From the UHGV virus genome UHGV-1695514: DNA of 18,900 nt; one strand, given 5' to 3'. The position numbers and the translations under genes are program-made. Below the pieces are notes generated by a model, which was not told the origin of the DNA, made no database searches, and was given only the letters and a program-made list of their open reading frames with translations. Source of the stretch: a virus. Each line of letters starts with the position of its first letter. Positions within the stretch are counted from its first letter, which is position 1. Below, in pieces: positions 1 to 7,533 of the stretch.

Positions 1-776
1 AAGGCAATGAGCTGTATATCGATACGGCACGTATCAAAAACAGTTCCCTGACCTCAACCAAAATCGCGGACGGTTCCATCACGAACGCGAAGATCGGCCA
101 CGAGATCCGCTCGAATGACTTTGTTGACGGGTCACGCGGCTGGCGTATCGCTAAGGATGGCTCTTCGCAGTTCAACAACGTGATCGTTCGCGGTGCGGTT
201 TATGCGACTGACGGCTGGTTCCAGGGTACGGTATATGCGAACCACATCGAGGGCGACATCGGGTCATTTGCGATCAACATCGCTCAGCACCGCACGCGCA
301 AGGTGCCGAAGGCTACATGGCAGTGGTTTGAGCTGGCCCGGTTCCGGCGGCAGAATTTCGACCAGGTGATCAATATTCGCGGTGGACTCCTCCAGACGGA
401 TAGCATCACTATCGACGGCGGCGCGAAACTCAGAGCGGGGATGTCCTACGCGCCAGGGGCTGACGGCGGACTGAATCCTGGCTATCTGTCGTATGCAATG
501 CTTCTTCGTGGCACAGGCGCTACGTCTGGTGGCGGCAGTATGGAGCTAGGCATTGAGCTTATGTATGAAACAGGTGGAGCAACACGCCTGTTAACGGCGC
601 AAGAGTCAATGAACGTAGACAACATGTCATTTGTCGTCCCTGCCGGTACTGGCGACGCTGTTCTGCGATATGGCTGTTACCTGGACCGTAACGGACAGAT
701 GGTATTAACCATCCTCTCAAGATTCGACGCCTTCGCCGCGCGCAATAACAACGTAATTCGCGGTTCATCAACCTGA
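1..776 (+). CDS. phage tail protein, C-terminal portion (5' end lies outside the window); possibly a host-specificity or fibre protein
   Basis: The frame of the listed ORF 180-776 is open from position 3 with no stop, so the gene enters from upstream; it ends at TGA 774-776. Gly/Thr/Asn-rich composition and position directly upstream of a tail-fibre gene. Product is assigned from context and composition, not a recognised motif. Confidence 0.6.
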   Translation, partial: GNELYIDTARIKNSSLTSTKIADGSITNAKIGHEIRSNDFVDGSRGWRIAKDGSSQFNNVIVRGAVYATDGWFQGTVYANHIEGDIGSFAINIAQHRTRKVPKATWQWFELARFRRQNFDQVINIRGGLLQTDSITIDGGAKLRAGMSYAPGADGGLNPGYLSYAMLLRGTGATSGGGSMELGIELMYETGGATRLLTAQESMNVDNMSFVVPAGTGDAVLRYGCYLDRNGQMVLTILSRFDAFAARNNNVIRGSST

Positions 777-787
777 TAACAATATAT

Positions 788-813
788 GGCCCCGCAAGGG
801 GCCTTTTCTTTTT
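788..813 (+). terminator. rho-independent terminator
   Basis: GGCCCC-GCAA-GGGGCC hairpin (788-803) followed by TTTTCTTTTT, 12 nt after the stop of the upstream gene. Confidence 0.75.
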
Positions 814-844
814 CCAGGGAAAACCATCCAGGAGGAACTTTATT

Positions 845-2368
845 ATGGCGATGTATGAAGTCGGTACCGTCACGGGTGCCGCGTCGCAGGCACGGGTGAC
901 AGGTGCGACAACAAAATGGTCACAGGTGGCGCTGGGGATACTGCCCGGGTCGATTCTGGTGGTCTACCGCAGCGGTAGTGCTGACCTGTATGCGATCAAA
1001 TCCGTGGACAGCGACACGCAACTGACGCTGACCCGGAATATCACCACCGCATTTTCCGGTGCCAGTTACGGCATTATTACCGCTGAAACCGCCAGCACCT
1101 CGTCGTTTGCTAACCAGCTGGCCAGCGCGTTTGCATTCTGGCGTAGTGTAGTGGAGGGCTGGTCGATGGCCCTGACCGGCAGCGGCAATATTACCCTGAC
1201 TGACCCGATCACAGGAAAGCAGGTGACCGTGCCGGCGATAGCCGGGATGGCGAAAGCATCGGATCTTAACGCGCTGGCAAAACTCACCGGAGGAAACAAA
1301 CTCGACGGCTCGCAGGTTATAACCAGCGATAATGCCGGTTTTATTCTCGGTAAGAACTCAGATCTGGCTCTGCTCAAAAAACAGGGGCAAGGCGGGACAA
1401 TTGCCGTTGGCTCGGGAACACCGTTCAGGGTTCAGCGTTCAAGAGCGACCACTGTATCACCGGCAGACACCTTTGATGACATCCTCGTTATTGATGCCAA
1501 CAACCGAACGACACTACCTGGCGCGCTGACTGCCGGCGGCGACATCGACAACACGACGAAGGGGTTGCTGTATACCCAGGCGATTGAGCTGTCATTTAGC
1601 ACGCCATACATCGACTTTCATTTTAACTACAGCACCGACGACTTCACCGGGCGGATTATGGCCACTGCCGCCGATCAAATTAGTGTACAAGGTAGTCATT
1701 GGCGAGTTGACAGGGATCTTCGTGTTGGTGGTATGGCAGATATTGGAGGGTGGGCGCAATGCGGAGTCGACCTTTCGGCCAACAGAACAGACTTTGGTTC
1801 CCCTGCTGATGGTTCGTTGGTTTCAGGCGGACGTATTCGATCCAGAATGCTGGGACGCGGCGGTAACGGTGACACCTCCGGAGCGTGGGGTGGTTTCTAC
1901 CTTGAAGAATACGTTGGGTACAACCACCGGGTGGTACTGTATATGGACGGTTTTGACAGAAAAGATGCCTGGCTCTTTTACACCGGTGGGACAATCTCCA
2001 CCCCTAAAGGCGATGTTATGACCACTGGCTCAGACGTGCGGCTGAAAAAGGATTTTACGGAATCCCAGGAAGGGGCCTCCAGGCGTATTAACGCGCTGGG
2101 GGTATGTGAGTTCAACATGAAAGGCGAAACACGCCGTAGGCGTGGATTTATTGCTCAACAAGCTGAAAAAGTGGACCCGATTTACACTTTCCAAAGCGGT
2201 GATGTAGAAATTGATGGCGAGAAGATCAATATCCTTAACGTAGATCAGACAGCAATTGTCGCAGACCTGGTAACTACCGTTCAGGAGCAATGCAACTGTA
2301 TCGAAAAACTTAAAGAAGAGCTCAAAAATCTAAAGGATCTAGTGATGCAAACGCCAGAAACAGCATAA
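845..2368 (+). CDS. tail fibre protein with C-terminal intramolecular chaperone (peptidase S74-type) autoproteolytic domain
   Basis: ATG 845 preceded by GGAGGA (831-836). 507 aa, Gly/Thr/Ser-rich. Near the C-terminus, TGSDVRLKKDF (Ser codon at 2030-2032) fits the S-D-x-R-x-K self-cleavage signature of endosialidase/T5 L-shaped-fibre chaperone domains, followed by GFIAQQ and a coiled-coil-like tail. Confidence 0.75.
   Translation: MAMYEVGTVTGAASQARVTGATTKWSQVALGILPGSILVVYRSGSADLYAIKSVDSDTQLTLTRNITTAFSGASYGIITAETASTSSFANQLASAFAFWRSVVEGWSMALTGSGNITLTDPITGKQVTVPAIAGMAKASDLNALAKLTGGNKLDGSQVITSDNAGFILGKNSDLALLKKQGQGGTIAVGSGTPFRVQRSRATTVSPADTFDDILVIDANNRTTLPGALTAGGDIDNTTKGLLYTQAIELSFSTPYIDFHFNYSTDDFTGRIMATAADQISVQGSHWRVDRDLRVGGMADIGGWAQCGVDLSANRTDFGSPADGSLVSGGRIRSRMLGRGGNGDTSGAWGGFYLEEYVGYNHRVVLYMDGFDRKDAWLFYTGGTISTPKGDVMTTGSDVRLKKDFTESQEGASRRINALGVCEFNMKGETRRRRGFIAQQAEKVDPIYTFQSGDVEIDGEKINILNVDQTAIVADLVTTVQEQCNCIEKLKEELKNLKDLVMQTPETA
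2030..2368 (+). other. intramolecular chaperone / self-cleaving domain of the tail fibre (domain-level feature)
   Basis: Begins at the Ser of the SDVRLK motif (codon 396); cleavage immediately N-terminal to this Ser is expected by analogy with peptidase S74 domains. Confidence 0.55.
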
Positions 2369-2384
2369 AAGCAACTAATATTGT

Positions 2385-2402
2385 ATGTAAGTACTTACCT
2401 AC
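2385..2402. promoter_or_regulatory. intergenic motif with perfect palindrome GTAAGTACTTAC followed by CTAC; candidate operator/promoter element
   Basis: GTAAGTACTTAC at 2387-2398 is a perfect 12-bp palindrome. Sits about 60 bp upstream of the holin-like gene, with an AT-rich TATAAA-like stretch at 2423-2428. Related copies occur in at least six other intergenic regions. Confidence 0.45.
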
Positions 2403-2464
2403 AATTAGTTTCTAATTTATGATATAAATCTGCCATCCGATTTGACTTATTCATGGAGGAAGAC

Positions 2465-2788
2465 ATGTCAAACGAGATGGCAGGCGTGACGCCAGAGCAG
2501 GTGGAGCGCATTGCCGCAATTGTGGCGCGAGAAGTCGTAGGAAAATTAAGTAAGGAGCTTCGAGATGATATTGGCCAGGAGGTCAACGATCAGCTGCGAA
2601 CCTACTTTGGTGATATGACTCCGGCGCAACATAGCATTCAGCATTCCAACCTGGACAAACTTCTTAATCGGCTCGACACGATTTCAAGCGGGTTCTTTGG
2701 AGGCATTATTTCCAAGATTACCTCGTTCCTGATCACCGTGCTGCTTTTGGGTTTGGCCGCTTATGGCGTGAAAAATGGACTGCAATAA
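2465..2788 (+). CDS. putative holin / lysis membrane protein with a single C-terminal transmembrane segment
   Basis: GGAGG at 2455-2459 with ATG at 2465 (alternative in-frame ATG at 2453 has no RBS). Hydrophilic N-terminal part, then hydrophobic ISKITSFLITVLLLGLAAYGV near the C-terminus. First gene of a cluster ending in a spanin pair. Confidence 0.5.
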   Translation: MSNEMAGVTPEQVERIAAIVAREVVGKLSKELRDDIGQEVNDQLRTYFGDMTPAQHSIQHSNLDKLLNRLDTISSGFFGGIISKITSFLITVLLLGLAAYGVKNGLQ

Positions 2789-2801
2789 CAGGAGAACAAG
2801 G

Positions 2802-3494
2802 ATGAGTACTCCAAGAGGCATTCGTAACAATAACCCTGGTAACCTGGATAAGGGGTCGCCGTGGCAAGGGCTAGTAAACAATCCGGCGGAACCGCGGTTC
2901 TGCACTTTTAAAGACCCCGTATGGGGGATTCGAGCACTGACAGTAACGCTCATCACCTACCATGATAAGCGCCGCGCAAAAGACGGTTCCAGCATCGATA
3001 CGATCCGCGAAGTCATCGAGCGTTGGGCGCCGCCACATGAAAACAACACGGCCGCCTATATCAATGAGGTATCTAAAGCCGTAGGCGTGACGCCGGACAT
3101 GATCATCGATCTGCATGACTACAATACTATGCGGCCGCTGGTGGAGGCGATCATTCGTCATGAGAACGGTCGTGGCCCGTTGAAAACACTCAACAGCTGG
3201 TATTCGGCCGAAGTTATTGACGAAGGTATGCGTCGCGCCGGCGTCGTTAAACCGGTAACTGCAGTGAAAGCGGTACCCGTCACGAAAGAAACAGCCGGCG
3301 CAACGGTGACTGCAGGTATCGGTATTGCGCAGCTGGCGGACGTAATGCCGCAGATCTCCGTTGCGATGGATAAGGCCCAGGGACATATCACCAGCGGGGA
3401 TACCGTTCGCATTATCTTCGGTATTGCGACCATTGTTGTCGCCGGCTTTATTGCCTGGGCGCAGATTCGTAAGCATCAGGCAGGAGTGGTGTAA
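2802..3494 (+). CDS. putative endolysin / cell-wall hydrolase (by position in the lysis cassette), with predicted C-terminal membrane helix
   Basis: AGGAG at 2791-2795 with ATG at 2802 (the listed ORF start at 2775 lacks an RBS). N-terminal conserved-looking IRNNNPGNL motif that I cannot assign to a lysozyme family by eye. C-terminal hydrophobic stretch VRIIFGIATIVVAGFIAWAQI. Lies between the holin-like gene and the spanins. Confidence 0.4.
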   Translation: MSTPRGIRNNNPGNLDKGSPWQGLVNNPAEPRFCTFKDPVWGIRALTVTLITYHDKRRAKDGSSIDTIREVIERWAPPHENNTAAYINEVSKAVGVTPDMIIDLHDYNTMRPLVEAIIRHENGRGPLKTLNSWYSAEVIDEGMRRAGVVKPVTAVKAVPVTKETAGATVTAGIGIAQLADVMPQISVAMDKAQGHITSGDTVRIIFGIATIVVAGFIAWAQIRKHQAGVV

Positions 3495-3496
3495 CC

Positions 3497-3748
3497 ATGA
3501 ACGGCAGCCTGTTTTCAAAGGTCAAATCGACCATCATGACTTTGGCTGCCGTCTTCTTTGTGCTCGTTGGGGCGTACACCTGGGGTGGACGCGCTGCCCG
3601 GCGGGCCATGGAGGAAAAGGCGCAGAGAGAAACCAACAAACGGCTTCAAGGCACAGTGGATGTGAAAAATGAGACGATTAATGAAGTCAGGACTAAGGAT
3701 GCTTCTGCCGTTCATCGCGAGCTTCGCGATAAGTGGATGCGTGATTAA
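3497..3748 (+). CDS. i-spanin (Rz-like inner-membrane spanin subunit)
   Basis: 83 aa; N-terminal TM helix (IMTLAAVFFVLVGAYTW) followed by a charged, helical periplasmic domain. Its 3' end is overlapped in the +1 frame by a lipoprotein gene. Confidence 0.75.
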   Translation: MNGSLFSKVKSTIMTLAAVFFVLVGAYTWGGRAARRAMEEKAQRETNKRLQGTVDVKNETINEVRTKDASAVHRELRDKWMRD

Positions 3749-3890
3749 ACCTCAGACCGTGGGCGTACAATTCTGCGATGGGGCAAACCCTATCTACATC
3801 AGCAAGGACGACGCCCTGACAGAAGAAACTGAGAGAGAAATCCTGATCCACAACACGCTGGGTGAAAGAATTTGTGATTGGGGGCGGTAG
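3669..3890 (+). CDS. o-spanin (Rz1-like outer-membrane lipoprotein), overlapping the 3' end of the i-spanin gene
   Basis: Signal peptide with lipobox AISGC (MRRLMKSGLRMLLPFIASFAISGC); short mature protein with additional Cys residues; overlapped architecture. Start could also be the in-frame ATG at 3681 or 3699. Confidence 0.7.
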   Translation: MRRLMKSGLRMLLPFIASFAISGCVIKPQTVGVQFCDGANPIYISKDDALTEETEREILIHNTLGERICDWGR

Positions 3891-3908
3891 CATTTTATGC
3901 CCCGCCTC

Positions 3909-3960
3909 AGAGGATACGCTGCGTTACACTACCTAAACTATGGCGTATCCTCTTTTCTTC
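3909..3960 (+). terminator. hairpin with 11-bp perfect stem followed by a T-rich tract; probable terminator of the lysis cassette
   Basis: AGAGGATACGC (3909-3919) pairs with GCGTATCCTCT (3943-3953), loop 23 nt, then TTTTCTTC. The loop is longer than in a textbook intrinsic terminator. Confidence 0.45.
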
Positions 3961-4019
3961 ACATCTGTCGTCAGAGCTTGATATTCACGGCATCTAACTG
4001 TGCTTCATTCAACCTCATG

Positions 4020-4078
4020 TTGAATGATCCTGCTTAATGATGTAGATTTGATATGACTACAGTCATAACGTGTAGTCA
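4020..4078 (+). promoter_or_regulatory. candidate sigma70-type promoter with a hairpin/operator overlapping the predicted transcription start
   Basis: TTGAAT (4020-4025), 17-bp spacer, TAGATT (4043-4048). Immediately downstream is the inverted repeat TGACTACA (4054-4061) / TGTAGTCA (4071-4078), and a second palindrome GCTACG-CATACT-CGTAGC at about 4084-4101. Confidence 0.3.
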
Positions 4079-4164
4079 CATTCAAGCTACGCATACTCGT
4101 AGCCTCTAAACCCCACAGGGGGTCGCCGCAACGACAGCATTGTCTCAACGGCTAAGGTGGAAAC

Positions 4165-4563
4165 ATGCATAACGCACTTAACTCATCACGTTCTATTCAA
4201 ACGATTAGAGACTGTACCAACATGATCGCATCGGTTCCTTTGCGTCATTGGGATGACTCGCTCCAAATCCGAGAAATGGGCACACCAGGTGAACTTAAGG
4301 ATCAGCGTTTCATCATTACACTGAAGAGTGACGTGGAAGCAGGTAGCTTTACTATCAAATTATTTGCTGAGTTGATGGTTCTGAACAACCGTTTGCGCTT
4401 CCTCGTGAAGCCCGAAAAACAGTTTCCAGAAGTCGTTTACTGCGAAAGGCAAATTTTTTCGGATATCGAGAGTGAAATTGCTACTTTTGTTAAGGACAAG
4501 TACAGTGTAGATGTTAGTCTTGTCCGTACAGATAAATCAATGGACATGCGGCTTGCAAACTAG
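4165..4563 (+). CDS. hypothetical protein (132 aa), first gene of a low-GC two-gene island
   Basis: ATG 4165 preceded by AAGGTGG (4153-4159). No recognisable motif. The stop TAG 4561-4563 directly abuts the ATG of the next gene. Confidence 0.7.
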   Translation: MHNALNSSRSIQTIRDCTNMIASVPLRHWDDSLQIREMGTPGELKDQRFIITLKSDVEAGSFTIKLFAELMVLNNRLRFLVKPEKQFPEVVYCERQIFSDIESEIATFVKDKYSVDVSLVRTDKSMDMRLAN

Positions 4564-5352
4564 ATGGCACCTTCACTAATCGCGGATTACAAAAAGGTAC
4601 TCTCAGATTTCCCAGATCATGATAAACGCGAAAAAATCCGAGTCGGCTATACGGTTGGCTCGGATTTTTCTGTTTTGCGCCTTACTGAGTGGGCGTTGAC
4701 GGGGTCAAGTTACCCATATTGCCTCACTGTATCTGTGGTAGGGGCGCCAGATAATGAGTGGTTGCAAGAAATTGCAATAGAAATGGATGCCTCTGATAAT
4801 GATGAAGAGGAAATCATTGGCTACATACGTGCTTTAGTCGGTGCTGAACCTGAAGATGATGATGGCATCCAGATCGCTAGATTTGTATACAGAGATTTTC
4901 TGTTTCGGTCACAACAAGGTCACCACAGCGGAGTGCAGATTAAAGGTGCTTTTGTTGATCCTTCCAAGGAAAAGAAAGGCCTTGCCCGCTTAGTATATGG
5001 CTTCCTCCTTAACTGGCACGAGCATATCATCAGCGATGACCATCAGACGGTTTATGGGGCTAAGATATGGGCCGTTGGGATGTTAAAAGTAGGTAGAGTG
5101 CAAGTCTACGATAACATAAAAAGTGATTTTGTAGATGTGCTTACTGAAGGCGGTATCGGTATAAATGGATTCAAGCCTTGGGATGCTATGATGCTCAAAG
5201 AAGCACAGCTAAAGCACTGGAACCCTATGGCGATTAGTATAGACCCATCATCGCAGATTCTAGCCATCATTTCAGCGTCTGACAGGCATCAGTATAATGG
5301 TGTTACTGTTTTTAACAGAGTCGTTAGACGAAGGCTCAGAGTAACGAGATAA
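4564..5352 (+). CDS. hypothetical protein (262 aa), second gene of the low-GC island
   Basis: ATG immediately follows the upstream stop (probably co-translated). Acidic stretch (DASDNDEEEI, EPEDDDG). No recognisable catalytic motif. Followed by an intrinsic terminator. Confidence 0.7.
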   Translation: MAPSLIADYKKVLSDFPDHDKREKIRVGYTVGSDFSVLRLTEWALTGSSYPYCLTVSVVGAPDNEWLQEIAIEMDASDNDEEEIIGYIRALVGAEPEDDDGIQIARFVYRDFLFRSQQGHHSGVQIKGAFVDPSKEKKGLARLVYGFLLNWHEHIISDDHQTVYGAKIWAVGMLKVGRVQVYDNIKSDFVDVLTEGGIGINGFKPWDAMMLKEAQLKHWNPMAISIDPSSQILAIISASDRHQYNGVTVFNRVVRRRLRVTR

Positions 5353-5373
5353 ACCCGCTGCGGCGGGTTTTTT
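5353..5373 (+). terminator. rho-independent terminator
   Basis: CCCGC-TGCG-GCGGG hairpin (5354-5367) followed by TTTTTT (5368-5373), directly after the stop at 5350-5352. Confidence 0.8.
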
Positions 5374-5456
5374 GTTGCCATCCTTTAATTAACTCCAAAG
5401 TACCTACCATTTCACCTTTACACCGCAGCCGTAGGCATTTAGGCTATATCGCATAT

Positions 5457-5474
5457 AAGAAAACAAGTTGTTTC
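5457..5474. promoter_or_regulatory. palindromic operator-like element AGAAAACAAGTTGTTTC upstream of parA
   Basis: AAACAA-G-TTGTTT palindrome at 5461-5473, ending 35 bp before the parA start. A near-identical element (AGAAAACAACTTGTTT) precedes the helicase gene. Confidence 0.45.
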
Positions 5475-5508
5475 ATACGACGATAAATCACACGTAGGGA
5501 TATCACGA

Positions 5509-6174
5509 ATGACCCAGATCATTGTGGTGGGCGGCACCAAGGGTGGCCCAGGCAAATCGACTGTTGCTCAGCAAATTGCAGCCTGTCTGAAAATCAAAAA
5601 GAAAAAGAAAGTCCAGATCACTGATATCGACATCCAGCGCACCACGACAGGGTGGTGTGAAGACCGCCGGCACAATGAAGAACTGGAGCTGATCCCGTTC
5701 GCCTATGTCCAGGATGACATCATCAAACACATCACTTCGCTTCGCGGCCGTTTCGATTACGTCGTCGTTGACGCTGGTGGTTTCGACTCCGAAATTCAGC
5801 GCCAGGCTATGCTGATGGCCAACGTGATCCTTATCCCGCTTCGCCCGAAACGTCGCGATCTGAAATCCTTGCGTGACATCGACCCCATCGTCGACAGCGT
5901 TAGCAGCGTGAATGACCAAATCAAAATCCGTGCTGTAATGAACCAGTGCCCGTCTCTGCCTTCCCAGGCTGCGCGCATTATCGCTGCAAAAGAAATTGTC
6001 GAAACCTTTGGCATCGAGGCGGTACCGGTGAATCTTTACAACCGCAACGTCTATGACGATGCCGAAGAGGCGGGCCGTTCCATCTTTGAGATGACCGGAG
6101 CCGAACGCGACAAAAAGGCTGAGGCCGAGATTGAAGCATTAGTAGAATACGTAATGACCTTGGAGGGTGAATAA
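5509..6174 (+). CDS. parA: ParA-family partition ATPase, small type Ib (ParF-like, no N-terminal HTH)
   Basis: Deviant Walker A GGTKGGPGKST near the N-terminus, Walker B-like FDYVVVDAGG, overall ParF-like layout, 221 aa. RBS TAGGGA 8 nt upstream. Stop overlaps the start of the next gene. Confidence 0.8.
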   Translation: MTQIIVVGGTKGGPGKSTVAQQIAACLKIKKKKKVQITDIDIQRTTTGWCEDRRHNEELELIPFAYVQDDIIKHITSLRGRFDYVVVDAGGFDSEIQRQAMLMANVILIPLRPKRRDLKSLRDIDPIVDSVSSVNDQIKIRAVMNQCPSLPSQAARIIAAKEIVETFGIEAVPVNLYNRNVYDDAEEAGRSIFEMTGAERDKKAEAEIEALVEYVMTLEGE

Positions 6175-6536
6175 TGTCCATGAAAATGGGTGATCTGGCA
6201 AAACGTCCGGCTGCGGAAGCTGCTGCGCCTAAAAGCAGCACCCCGATGCGCCAGCCTGTCCGTCCACAAGGCCGTCCAACACGTGGCAAAGAGAAAATCA
6301 AAAGCCGCACGATGTCTCTTGAAGACGAGTATTTCGAATTACTGGAGATGATGAAGTTCATCCCTCGCTTCGAGAAGTTCACCCGTTCTGATGTGATACG
6401 TGCAGCCATTTTCCATCTGGCAGAGAAGTCCCCGCAGGAAATAGAGGACATCGTAAAGATGAACGAGGCGATCACCGCAGCCGATGTGACGATGCGTACC
6501 GATGAAATCAAGCGTGAGCTGATGAAGAAAGGTTAA
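6174..6536 (+). CDS. small basic partition/centromere-binding partner (ParG-like, putative ribbon-helix-helix)
   Basis: ATG overlaps the parA stop (TAATG). Basic Pro/Arg-rich N-terminal tail, then an RHH-like segment (KSRTMSLEDEYFELLEMMKF...SDVIRAAIFHL). Position matches the second gene of type Ib par operons. Confidence 0.55.
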   Translation: MSMKMGDLAKRPAAEAAAPKSSTPMRQPVRPQGRPTRGKEKIKSRTMSLEDEYFELLEMMKFIPRFEKFTRSDVIRAAIFHLAEKSPQEIEDIVKMNEAITAADVTMRTDEIKRELMKKG

Positions 6537-6581
6537 ATAAGAGGCGTCGAAAGATGCCTTTAACTCAAAAGGACTTTGTTT

Positions 6582-7340
6582 GTGCTGTACAAATACGTAG
6601 GGCATGAAGACCCAAACGAATTAATCAAAATTCTTAAATTCTTCATCGAAGATGGAACCATCCGAGCCACCCGGCCACACGACTTCAATGATCCTGCCGA
6701 GTTCAAAGCCAAATTTAGTTTTGACGCCACGATCCAAGAGAAGCTTGTCCGATATCATGAGATGTGGCCTGGCAAAAGCGACGATGACGGTGAGAACTGG
6801 TTAAGAGGGCGAACCAAAAACGCCGAAGAGTTTGACGCCTATATGCTGCGCGGAAATCTGCTTTTGGATACTGGTGTGATATGCCTCACCAGAACTGACA
6901 CTAATTACCTGATGTGGTCGCATTACGCCAGCTCCCACTCTGGATTTTGCATAGGGTTTGATGACGCTATTGTGGAAGCGCTGGATGACCGACACACAGC
7001 GTTAAACGGTGACGTGGAGTACGTGAAATCGCCGCCTGAAGTGAACTTCTATACCGCTGATGTGTACGACATTGTCAGAGCCATCTTTCTGCACAAGGGT
7101 GAGAGCTGGAAGTACGAAGAAGAGTTCCGGATTATCTCTGAGCTGCCAGGGCTTAAGAAGTTGGACACCTCGCTCATCAAAGAGATTTCTATCGGATGCA
7201 AACCCTATCCAGAGCTGGAAAGTTTTGCCCGTGAACTGCTGGACAGCAATCTGGCCGTGTACAAAATGCTTTGCCCTACCGACTCGTACCAACTGAAGCG
7301 TGTGGAGCTGGACAAGAACCTTTCTTTTCAAGGTTACTAG
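6582..7340 (+). CDS. DUF2971-like protein of unknown function
   Basis: N-terminal LYKY motif, FNDP-AEF, and a central MWSHYA...GFCIGFD block resemble my recollection of the DUF2971 family. Start is ambiguous: GTG 6582 (AAGGA 9 nt upstream) or TTG 6576. Lower GC than flanking genes. Confidence 0.5.
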   Translation: MLYKYVGHEDPNELIKILKFFIEDGTIRATRPHDFNDPAEFKAKFSFDATIQEKLVRYHEMWPGKSDDDGENWLRGRTKNAEEFDAYMLRGNLLLDTGVICLTRTDTNYLMWSHYASSHSGFCIGFDDAIVEALDDRHTALNGDVEYVKSPPEVNFYTADVYDIVRAIFLHKGESWKYEEEFRIISELPGLKKLDTSLIKEISIGCKPYPELESFARELLDSNLAVYKMLCPTDSYQLKRVELDKNLSFQGY

Positions 7341-7361
7341 TTCTGGCAGCTTCAATTAAGA

Positions 7362-7427
7362 ACCTGCTTCTGTATATATAAATACTAAGTTACTTATTAT
7401 TATTTATACGGAAGCAGGTCTTTTTCT
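7362..7427 (+). terminator. 9-bp perfect stem enclosing a 40-nt AT-rich loop, followed by CTTTTTCT; terminator-like or regulatory hairpin
   Basis: ACCTGCTTC (7362-7370) pairs with GAAGCAGGT (7411-7419). The loop contains the palindrome TAAGTTACTTA (7386-7396). Confidence 0.4.
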
Positions 7428-7501
7428 ATGCCAACTTCCCAGACACATTCCCTTCCGTTTCCACTTCCAAAAAACATCTCCAGTCGCTATGATCTGTCAA
7501 A

Positions 7502-7519
7502 TAGTAAGTAAGTAGTTAC
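7502..7519. promoter_or_regulatory. TAGTAAGTAAGTAGTTAC motif; candidate operator/promoter element
   Basis: GTAAGTAAGTAGTTAC at 7504-7519, 15 bp upstream of the ATG at 7534. Its exact reverse complement occurs at 14320-14335 upstream of phoH. Confidence 0.45.
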
Positions 7520-7533
7520 CTATCGGTGAGGGC

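Noticed and set aside
1332-2021. Alternate-frame + strand ORFs inside the tail fibre gene (1332-1529, 1584-2021).
   Set aside because: They are embedded in the 507-aa tail fibre reading frame, which has the RBS and the conserved C-terminal domain; their products are Pro/Trp/Cys-rich low-complexity translations typical of off-frame reads.
5380-5508. Searched the parA upstream region and the parG downstream region for an iteron-type centromere.
   Set aside because: Only short, non-iterated matches (two CGTAGG hexamers, a TTAATTAA palindrome). Nothing repeats enough to call a centromere; only the single palindromic operator-like element is reported.
5590-5613. A-rich tract encoding KIKKKKKV inside parA, a potential slippery sequence.
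   Set aside because: No alternative frame of useful length opens after the tract, so programmed frameshifting is unsupported; most likely just a lysine-rich linker.
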